64,000 nt of DNA, taken from positions 9,858,001-9,922,000 of the forward strand of contig OZ024745.1 of the NCBI GenBank assembly GCA_964016885.1, in the 5' to 3' direction. Shown one piece after another: positions 55,021 to 64,000 of this stretch. The position numbers were made by a program, and so were the translations under genes. The DNA comes from Eledone cirrhosa (taxonomy: Eukaryota). Numbering within the stretch: position 1 is the stretch's first letter; each line of letters starts with the position of its first letter. The notes beneath the pieces are model-generated. The model ran no database searches, was not told the origin of the DNA, and worked only from the letters and a program-made list of their open reading frames with translations.

Positions 55021-55190
55021 GATTAGAATGTTAGACATATGATCATAATGTCATCGGTTCAATTCCTGGATAGGCTGCTATGTTGAATTCTTGAGCAAAA
55101 CACTTCATGTTGCTTCAGTACACTGAGCTAAGAGTACCAACAGAGAGTTAATCTTGTGATAGACCTGTGCCCTATCCGTGGAGAGTACTT
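55021..55190 (+). mobile_element. tRNA-derived SINE (family B, CORE/Meta-like central motif)
   Basis: B-box GGTTCAATTCC (55056-55066) followed by cttgagcaaaacacttcatgttgct, homologous to the minus-strand copy at 58633-58723. Confidence 0.7.
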
Positions 55191-55671
55191 AACACCAGCC
55201 TGATGAGTGTTCGGCTTAGAACAGACATGACAAAGAAGTAGTTAGTTGCACAAGTCTGATTAGTAACATTTACTACCTCTAATACAGCTCAGATAAGATA
55301 CTATAGAATGGCTTTAGTTAGGACGACGGAGGAAAATTCTCCATGATTCACATATTCATACAAACTACTGAAGTCTATGATACCTCAAACAAAACTATGA
55401 CCTATGGAGTAACTAAAATGATTAAATAAACCATTAATCTTATAATAGATGCTGTTATACATCAGCTCAAGTTAAGTTCTATCCCAGACTAATTTATTCT
55501 TAACATGTCAGAATGTTTAACTGAGTTATTGGAACATTGAATATTCTCTTGATAATTCCAGGAGACATAACACAAGCCACCTTCCTAAATTATCTAGGTC
55601 ATTAGAGCTATTAAACCATAGAAAAACAACTGTTTACAAAAATATAAGAACATTTAGAGAGAATTGCATAG

Positions 55672-55712
55672 CGCCAGCACGGCCACAGTCAACTGGCTGA
55701 AAATAGTAAAAA
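55672..55712 (+). mobile_element. Short 3'-tail fragment of a SINE/LINE
   Basis: ccagcacggccacagtcaactggctgaaaatagtaaaa resembles a retroposon tail I recall from cephalopods. There is no second copy in the window. Confidence 0.35.
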
Positions 55713-55788
55713 TGTAGATCATGTCTAAGAGCTGAAGCTAAGCAATCATCTCAAACAGAAAACTCAGTAAACAAGTTTGGATTATTAA

Positions 55789-56007
55789 CCCTTTAGCATT
55801 TAAACCGGCTGTATCCGGCCAGAATTCTTTCATCTCTTTCTGTTCAAAGCGGCTGTGACTGGCCACTCATACTGATGTTAAGGTATTATTCTCAAAATAA
55901 ATAGTATCAAAATTTCATAGACTTGATATCATGTGAGATAATTGAGAGATTCAGCCATTACTGTGAAAATACAATGATAAATATAGAGTAATGCAAATGC
56001 TAAAGGG
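55789..56007 (+). mobile_element. Intact 219-bp piggyBac-like MITE
   Basis: Perfect 13-bp TIRs CCCTTTAGCATTT (55789-55801) and AAATGCTAAAGGG (55995-56007), with TTAA on both sides (55785-55788, 56008-56011). TTAA TSDs with CCC..GGG ends are piggyBac hallmarks. A second copy lies at 52840. Confidence 0.9.
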
Positions 56008-56444
56008 TTAAAGCCACAGTTATTTTCTGACATAATTCAATGGACTCGTTACAAAATGTTTCATTGAGAGACAATTGAATATAGATTAACAAAATTAAAA
56101 AAACAACTAGCCCCAGATGTTTTCCTATGTTTGTAAACTTCCAAATGTTACCAATGACATAATACTTAACATTTGATGGTGGTAGTGGTTATTATAATGA
56201 ACTTGCTACTTTAAATATTTTTAGATGACTAATTTAACTTCTGTTGACATATAAGGCTAAACATTGAGGGTTTGGGAGGTGTGTGATGATCAAACTAAAG
56301 AAACTATGTTGGTCTTTCACACTGCTGATACTATCAGTGACAACTCCTGGTAGATGTGACACAACCCACCTCCCCCTGGTGACTGGAGGCAGGATTTCAA
56401 CTGAAACAAATACCACAACAATTCTGCCACTCTACTGCCCCATG

Positions 56445-56560
56445 GACAGGTTTTTTTTTCAACCTCGGAAGGATGAAAGGTGACTTTGGTGGGATTTGAA
56501 CTCGGAGTAGAGAGAACTGGAATAAACAATGCAAAGCATTCTGACACTCTACTGACTCTT
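56445..56560 (-). mobile_element. SINE family A fragment
   Basis: ttttcaacctcggaaggatgaaagg...ggatttgaactc, with a minus-strand B-box at 56492-56503. Confidence 0.75.
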
Positions 56561-56585
56561 GACTAAACCAACTCCCTACTCAACA

Positions 56586-56680
56586 GGTACCTCATTTTAT
56601 TGACCCCAGAAAGTTGAAAAGTAAAGTTGCTCTTGTCTGGATTTGAACTCATTACATACAGGGCCATAATTAAAGCAATT
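56586..56680 (-). mobile_element. SINE family A fragment, tandem to the previous one
   Basis: ggtacctcattttattgacccc...aaagttg...ggatttgaactc, with a minus-strand B-box at 56639-56650. Confidence 0.75.
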
Positions 56681-57063
56681 TCAAGAGTTCCCTGAAGAAA
56701 CATTCACAGACCATCAGGCCTCATTTCAAAAGATTCCAGTAATAAGAAGGCTTGTTTCTTCAGAAAACCCTAATAAACATAAAATAGTTACTTCACTCCT
56801 TAAGACAATTGAATTTATCAAACTTTTCCACAGAATCTCTGACAAAATTGGTGGTTTTGTCACAGACCTTCACCAGTTTCATAGGAATCTGGAGTTTGTC
56901 CTATAGTTAATAAATGAACTGAGCTATTTTCATACTGGTCTGTTGTCATGATAGAGAGGGAAAACCATCAAAACAGCCCCAGTTTGATGCTTCAACCTCT
57001 CATGACATCAGTATTTCACTTTTGTTTTTAAACAGCTGATATAAGTGGAGAAAAAGGAAGTCA

Positions 57064-57232
57064 CTTCTAGGAAACTAACATTAGAATACATAAGAAAACT
57101 CCTATGAGAGACAGCCTTATGGCCAGCGAAACCTGCACAGGTGTGAGCCATAACACTTTATGGACTCAGATGTATTCTCACAACTAAATGCAGACAGCAT
57201 TCATTTTACTTACATTTGAAGTTTCCTAGAAG
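57064..57232. other. Nested inverted-repeat (fold-back) element, 169 bp
   Basis: Complementary pairs are CTTCTAGGAAACT/AGTTTCCTAGAAG (13 bp), AGAATACAT/ATGTATTCT (9 bp), TTATGGC/GCCATAA (7 bp) and ACCT/AGGT around a GCAC loop. Confidence 0.7.
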
Positions 57233-57236
57233 ATAT

Positions 57237-57242
57237 TTTATT
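57237..57242 (-). promoter_or_regulatory. Candidate polyadenylation signal AATAAA for the minus-strand gene
   Basis: First minus-strand AATAAA I found downstream of the stop at 58265, about 1 kb away. The hexamer is common in AT-rich DNA, so this is weak. Confidence 0.25.
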
Positions 57243-57405
57243 TTATCAGAACTTAATTTAAAAATATCTTCAAAGTTGTGAGACTATCTTAATACCAATT
57301 GCTGGATTGACTCAAACTTAGTGATTTAATGAGATAAAACAAAGCTAGATTATTTATATATTAGCTGAGTCACTATATACCCAACCACAAGTTGATATCA
57401 TATCT

Positions 57406-57450
57406 AACCCATGCTAGCGTGGAAAGTGGACGTTAAACGAGGATGATGAT
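57406..57450 (+). mobile_element. 3' tail of a retroposon ending in (GAT)n
   Basis: aacccatgctagcgtggaaagtggacgttaaacgaggatgatgat. A related (GAT)n-ending fragment lies at 59648-59714. Confidence 0.55.
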
Positions 57451-58264
57451 TTCTCTTGCTCAGATATGAAATAAATTACTGAACTCATGTTAGAGCTTTG
57501 TAGAATATCCTCTTATCTAATTATCAATTTAGATTGGTAAAAGAATATAATCTCTAATTTGCTAAGTGAAATGAGTGAGACAATGGTGTCCCTCCTTTAC
57601 AGTAGGGCAGTAATTTACTAAAGCAAAGAGATAAAAATCTGGTGCATGGTCCTAACTTTTTTCTTATATGGATAACATTAATAAAGTGTAACATTACATG
57701 GAACCATATAATATGAGAGAAACAAAAAAGCTGATTATTATAATAGGATAACCATTTCTTGTGCTTGTATTATGGAGACAAGGGAACAATCAGCTGATGC
57801 TATCTAAATTGTTTCTGGTAGAGGGACATTGTATGACTAAAATATTGTTCTATCAAGTGATCCTTGTTCAGACATTTAAGACATAGCTGGATTTACAAGG
57901 AGAAACTATGTGTAAAAGCTGAAAGTAAACAACAAAAGTGACAGCCATTACTATAGTGGATGGCATGAAATTAAATCTTGAAGAAATTTTCACTCCTTTT
58001 GCTCCCTTTTTTGGGCTAATTATTTACTTGAAGGACTAGAGTATAGAAAAGTAGTTGAAACTGAAAATATATAACTGAACAGAGTGTGGAGACAGTGGGA
58101 GGTATATTTACAACACTGTACAATCTTAATTCAATTTGTTGGGGAAGCGAGAAAAAAAAGAAGGGATCAATGCAGACAGGAGAAAAAATAAGTTCAATGA
58201 TGATCAGAAATAAAGGGTTAGTAGTCCAAATTTTGAATATTAATTCAGTGGCGGTGCTGATTTC

Positions 58265-58437
58265 TCATTCCATTTTTCCTAATTGTTGCATATAAATGTC
58301 GGGCATCTTGAGAAGAGCTTGAAGACTCCGAGGAACTGGTACAGTTGGACTCAAGACCATCGAATGAAGACCACGAACTACTTTTCCTAATGCGCCTTGC
58401 TTTCTCAGGGCTGACAAAACGTACATGTCTTTGGGAA
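58265..58437 (-). CDS. Probable terminal coding exon of an unidentified spliced gene: (V)PKDMYVLSALRKQGALGKVVRGLHSMVLSPTVPVPRSLQALLKMPDIYMQQLGKME*
   Basis: Strong acceptor ttttttcttcattttcttctctttaccttcAG (AG ends at 58438). The frame is open, with protein-like composition, to TGA at 58265-58267. It is more GC-rich than its flanks, and phase 1 matches the upstream donor. Confidence 0.7.
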
Positions 58438-58551
58438 CTGAAGGTAAAGAGAAGAAAATGAAGAAAAAATTGGAAGACAGCAAAATAAAAATGTGTTTAA
58501 TATATCTATAATATAATAAAATTGATAAGATATCAGACCTCATTCACTTAC

Positions 58552-58623
58552 CGAGTGGGGTAGAATTTGTCAAATCAGACCAAGGAAACAATGTTTCCAT
58601 TGGTCTTCCCATTGTTACAACTA
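58552..58623 (-). CDS. Probable penultimate coding exon (72 or 69 nt, phase 1-1): xVVTMGRPMETLFPWSDLTNSTPL
   Basis: Consensus donor CG|GTAAGT (GT at 58551-58550) and a 114-nt AT-rich intron (58438-58551). The acceptor is ttgctccttctgtCAG|TAG|. The frame is open and continuous with the terminal exon. Confidence 0.65.
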
Positions 58624-58632
58624 CTGACAGAA

Positions 58633-58723
58633 GGAGCAACATGAAATAAAGTGTCTTGCTCAAGGACATAGCACATCACAATTATTAATCCAATTCTCTA
58701 ACCACTAAGCTACACACCTTCAC
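58633..58723 (-). mobile_element. SINE family B fragment abutting the exon acceptor
   Basis: A-box-like tagcttagtggttaga (58712-58697) and gtccttgagcaagacactttatttcatgttgctcc, homologous to ~55088-55117. Confidence 0.7.
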
Positions 58724-59094
58724 AATATATCTATAACTGACTTTAAACAAAACACAGAATGTGACAAGGAACATAAACAGAACCTGGAAGTAGGGTTTTT
58801 TTAAACACTTAAACTTCTCTTAAAATAAGATTTAAAGAAGGCTATTTAAAATATCTAAGGATCATTCTTCCATGTAATATTAATGTGTTTTTTGTACAGT
58901 CTCTTTAAATAAAGTGTTGACGTTTTAAAGCCAGTATATCTATAGTATGGTCCTGAAACTCCTGGTGGAATCATAGGGGCATCGTAATGGCATAAGATAC
59001 TTCTTGGCCATTTAGAGCCTGGTGGAGCTCAATCCTCTCCAGGTTTGATCACAGATTTCTTCCAGAGGATAGGAAGTGTGAGAGAGATATAAAG

Positions 59095-59220
59095 AATCAG
59101 CCCCAGTACTAAACTGGTACTTTTTTTTATCAACCTCGAAAGGATTAAAGGTAAAGTTGACCTTGGTGGGATTTGAACCACAAAACCTTCTGTTCTAATC
59201 ACTGCCGATTTGCCTCCTTT
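59095..59220 (-). mobile_element. SINE family A copy
   Basis: ccccagtactaaactggtacttttttttatcaacctcgaaaggattaaaggtaaagttgaccttggtgggatttgaac, with a minus-strand B-box near 59169-59179. Confidence 0.8.
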
Positions 59221-59434
59221 TAATACATCTATAACTGGCCTTAAATTCATATATTAAATTTTCAACAAAATGTAAATAGGAGAAAATACCAATTTTTGTT
59301 CCAAATATAGCTAGCTATAATTCTGTTCTGGATCAAACCAATATTCTCACCATTTTATTCTTCAAATTCTATTAGTAGAATCTTATGAAAGCTGTGACAT
59401 AAAAGTCTTTATTACTTTAATTCTTATAACTGCC

Positions 59435-59550
59435 AGTGAAGAAGCTTCTATGCAGTCACTCAACCTGCTGAATTCCCTTTTAAAAATTTACTGGATAAGT
59501 TAGTCCTGATTATAAAATGTTGGAGAGGATGGTCACAGTTGGAATGATAG
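59435..59550. mobile_element. Possible decayed interspersed-repeat fragment
   Basis: cagtcactcaacctgctg...ggatggtcacagttggaatg resembles a cephalopod repeat from memory only. There is no in-window partner. Confidence 0.3.
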
Positions 59551-59647
59551 TTGAACAAAGAAAATTCAACACATATATATATTTATACGGCATATATATC
59601 CCATTTTTAGAATAGATACTGTGTCCCTATGTGTTGTAAGATGAGAT

Positions 59648-59714
59648 GGGTTGGCATTGGGAAGGACATCTGGCTGTAAAACAGTCTCAAACCTGCATGG
59701 GGACATGATGATGA
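59648..59714 (+). mobile_element. Decayed retroposon fragment with a (GAT)n tail
   Basis: gggttggcattgggaaggacatctggctgtaaaac...gcatggggacatgatgatga. Confidence 0.45.
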
Positions 59715-59955
59715 AACAAACACATGGTCATACACTATAGGTGGAAGATATCAAAAAGATCAGACTGCATAAAAACCTCTTTAAAATCTGTGATCAGGTA
59801 GGCATTTTCCAGGATAATTTCAACACATACGACTCTGACAAAAGATCACAGAATTAGTACACCTAAAAAAGAATTCTTTGAGGTTCCCAACAGATTCCTT
59901 GAGTAATAGTGTAAACATATAAATATATAGATGCAGTGGTAAATAAATGGTGCAG

Positions 59956-62900
59956 TAGTAATCAATAGACTGTAGACATTGAATAGTAATCAATAGACAG
60001 TAGACATTGAATAGTAATCAATAGACTGTAGACATTGAATAGCTATCAATAGACTGTAGACATTGAATAGTAATCAATAGACTGTAGACATTGAATAGTG
60101 ATCAATAGACTGTAGACATTGAATAGCGATCAATAGACTGTAGACATTGAATAGTAATCAATAGACTGTAGACATTGAATAGTAATCAATAGACTGTAGA
60201 CATTGAATAGTGATCAATAGACTGTAGACATTGAATAGTAATCAATAGACTGTAGACATTGAATAGTAATCAATAGACTGTAGACATTGAATAGCGATCA
60301 ATAGACTGTAGACATTGAATAGTAATCAATAGACTGTAGACATTGAATAGCGATCAATAGACTGTAGACATTGAATAGTAATCAATAGACTGTAGACATT
60401 GAATAGTGATCAATAGACTGTAGACATTGAACAGTAATCAATAGACTGTAGACATTGAATAGTGATCAATAGACTGAAGACATTGAATAGTGATCAATAG
60501 ACTGTAGACATTGAATAGCGATCAATAGACTGTAGACATTGAATAGTGATCAATAGACTGTAGACATTAAATAGTAATCAATAGACTGTAGACATTGAAT
60601 AGTGATCAATAGACTGTAGACATTGAACAGTAATCAATAGACTGTAGACATTGAATAGTGATCAATAGACTGTAGACATTGAATAGTGATCAATAGACTG
60701 TAGACATTGAATAGTGATCAACAGACTGTAGACATTGAATAGTGATCAATAGACTGTAGACATTGAATAGTGATCAATAGACTGTAGACATTGAATAGTG
60801 ATCAATAGGCTGTAGACTTTGAATAGTGATCAATAGGCTGTAGACATTGAATAGTGATCAATAGACTGTAGACATTGAATAGTGATCAATAGACTGTAGA
60901 CATTGAATAGTGATCAATAGACTGTAGACATTGAATAGTGATCAACAGACTGTAGACATTGAATAGTGATCAATAGACTGTAGACATTGAATAGTGATCA
61001 ATAGACTGTAGACATTGAATAGTGATCAATAGACTGTAGACATTGAATAGTGATCAATAGACTGAAGACATTGAATAGTGATCAATAGACTGTAGACTTT
61101 GAATAGTGATCAATAGGCTGTAGACATTGGATAGTGATCAATAGACTGTAGACATTGAATAGTGATCAATAGACTGTAGACATTGAATAGTGATCAACAG
61201 ACTGTAGACATTGAATAGTGATCAATAGACTGTAGACATTGAATAGTGATCAATAGACTGTAGACATTGAATAGTGATCAATAGGCTGTAGACTTTGAAT
61301 AGTGATCAATAGGCTGTAGACATTGAATAGTGATCAATAGACTGTAGACATTGAATAGTGATCAATAGACTGTAGACATTCAATAGTGATCAATAGACTG
61401 TAGACATTGAATAGTGATCAACAGACTGTAGACATTGAATAGTGATCAATAGACTGTAGACATTGAATAGTGATCAATAGACTGTAGACATTGAATAGTG
61501 ATCAACAGACTGTAGACATTGAATAGTGATCAACAGACTGTAGACATTGAATAGTGATCAATAGACTGTAGACATTGAATAGTGATCAATAGACTGTAGA
61601 CATTGAATAGTGATCAATAGACTGTAGACATTGAATAGTGATCAATAGACTGTAGACATTGAATAGTGATCAATAGACTGTAGACTTTGAATAGTGATCA
61701 ATAGGCTGTAGACATTGGATAGTGATCAATAGACTGTAGACATTGAATAGTGATCAATAGACTGTAGACATTGAATAGCGATCAATAGACTGTAGACATT
61801 GAATAGTGATCAATAGACTGTAGACATTGAATAGTAATCAATAGACTGTAGACATTGAATAGTGATCAATAGACTGTAGACATTAAATAGTAATCAATAG
61901 ACTGTAGACATTGGATAGTGATCAATAGACTGTAGACATTGAATAGCGATCAATAGACTGTAGACATTGAATAGTAATCAATAGACTGAAGACATTGAAT
62001 AGTGATCAATAGACTGTAGACATTGAATAGTGATCAATAGACTGTAGACATTGAATAGTGATCAACAGACTGTAGACATTGAATAGTGATCAATAGACTG
62101 TAGACATTGAATAGTGATCAATAGACTGTAGACATTGAATAGTGATCAATAGGCTGTAGACTTTGAATAGTGATCAATAGGCTGTAGACATTGAATAGTG
62201 ATCAATAGACTGTAGACATTGAATAGTGATCAATAGACTGTAGAGATTGAATAGTGATCAATAGACTGTAGACATTGAATAGTGATCAACAGACTGTAGA
62301 CATTGAATAGTGATCAATAGACTGTAGACATTGAATAGTGATCAATAGACTGTAGACATTGAATAGTGATCAACAGACTGTAGACATTGAATAGTGATCA
62401 ACAGACTGTAGACATTGAATAGTGATCAATAGACTGTAGACATTGAATAGTGATCAATAGACTGTAGACATTGAATAGTGATCAATAGACTGTAGACATT
62501 GAATAGTGATCAATAGACTGAAGACATTGAATAGTGATCAATAGACTGTAGACTTTGAATAGTGATCAATAGGCTGTAGACATTGGATAGTGATCAATAG
62601 ACTGTAGACATTGAATAGTGATCAATAGACTGTAGACATTGAATAGTGATCAACAGACTGTAGACATTGAATAGTGATCAATAGACTGTAGACATTGAAT
62701 AGTGATCAATAGACTGTAGACATTGAATAGAGATCAATAGGCTGTAGACTTTGAATAGTGATCAATAGGCTGTAGACATTGAATAGTGATCAATAGACTG
62801 TAGACATTGAATAGTGATCAATAGACTGTAGACATTCAATAGTGATCAATAGACTGTAGACATTGAATAGTGATCAACAGACTGTAGACATTGAATAGTG

Positions 62901-64000
62901 ATCAATAGACTGTAGACATTGAATAGTGATCAATAGACTGTAGACATTGAATAGTGATCAACAGACTGTAGACATTGAATAGTGATCAACAGACTGTAGA
63001 CATTGAATAGTGATCAATAGACTGTAGACATTGAATAGTGATCAATAGACTGTAGACATTGAATAGTGATCAATAGACTGTAGACATTGAATAGTGATCA
63101 ATAGACTGTAGACATTGAATAGTGATCAATAGACTGTAGACTTTGAATAGTGATCAATAGGCTGTAGACATTGGATAGTGATCAATAGACTGTAGACATT
63201 GAATAGTGATCAATAGACTGTAGACATTGAATAGCGATCAATAGACTGTAGACATTGAATAGTGATCAATAGACTGTAGACATTGAATAGTAATCAATAG
63301 ACTGTAGACATTGAATAGTGATCAATAGACTGTAGACATTGAATAGTGATCAATAGACTGTAGACATTGAATAGTGATCAACAGACTGTAGACATTGAAT
63401 AGTGATCAATAGACTGTAGACATTGAATAGTGATCAATAGGCTGTAGACTTTGAATAGTGATCAATAGGCTGTAGACATTGAATAGTGATCAATAGACTG
63501 TAGACATTGAATAGTGATCAATAGACTGTAGACATTGAATAGTGATCAATAGACTGTAGACATTGAATAGTGATCAACAGACTGTAGACATTGAATAGTG
63601 ATCAATAGACTGTAGACATTGAATAGTGATCAACAGACTGTAGACATTGAATAGTGATCAACAGACTGAAGACATTGAATAGTGATCAATAGACTGTAGA
63701 CATTGAATAGTGATCAACAGACTGTAGACATTGAATAGTGATCAACAGACTGTAGACATTGAATAGTGATCAATAGACTGTAGACATTGGATAGTGATCA
63801 ATAGACTGTAGACATTGAATAGTGATCAACAGACTGTAGACATTGAATAGTGATCAATAGACTGTAGACATTGAATAGTGATCAATAGACTGTAGACATT
63901 GAATAGTGATCAACAGACTGTAGACATTGGATAGTGATCAACAGACTGTAGACATTGAATAGTGATCAATAGACTGTAGACATTGAATAGTGATCAATAG
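59956..64000. repeat. 28-bp tandem satellite, at least 144 monomers, consensus ATCAATAGACTGTAGACATTGAATAGTG; continues beyond the right edge
   Basis: Head-to-tail 28-mers with substitution variants and no indels seen. It includes a 1,456-bp internal duplication. Confidence 0.99.

Noticed and set aside
52096-59250. Short ORFs at 52096, 53407, 54410, 56234, 56283, 56317, 58086 and 59029
   Set aside because: They overlap microsatellites or SINEs, or are chance 60-80 aa frames with non-ATG starts and no recognisable motifs.
59741-59797. Possible plus-strand 57-nt exon (tatag|VEDIKKIRLHKNLFKICDQ|gtaggc)
   Set aside because: It has no polypyrimidine tract and no partner exons, and it lies opposite the better-supported gene.

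Overview
This is eukaryotic, repeat-dominated DNA, not a prokaryotic locus. The interspersed repeats resemble those I recall from octopus (coleoid cephalopod) genomes; that assignment is an inference and was not searched. There are three parts. (1) Bases 1-51581 are one head-to-tail 41-bp satellite (~1,260 monomers, open at the left edge) with nested higher-order duplications that can be read from variant monomers. (2) Bases ~51.6-59.95 kb are an AT-rich island. It holds microsatellites, a short minisatellite, many tRNA-type SINE fragments, piggyBac-like TTAA MITEs, a decayed RLE-type LINE fragment, a nested fold-back element, and what look like the last two coding exons of an unidentified minus-strand gene (58623-58552 and 58437-58265). 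(3) Bases 59956-64000 are a second, 28-bp satellite (open at the right edge), probably intronic. All ORFs below 47 kb are translation artefacts of the satellite. I found no convincing new multi-gene system. The best leads are the spliced gene end wedged between two satellites, the internal grammar of the satellites, and the fold-back at 57.06-57.23 kb.
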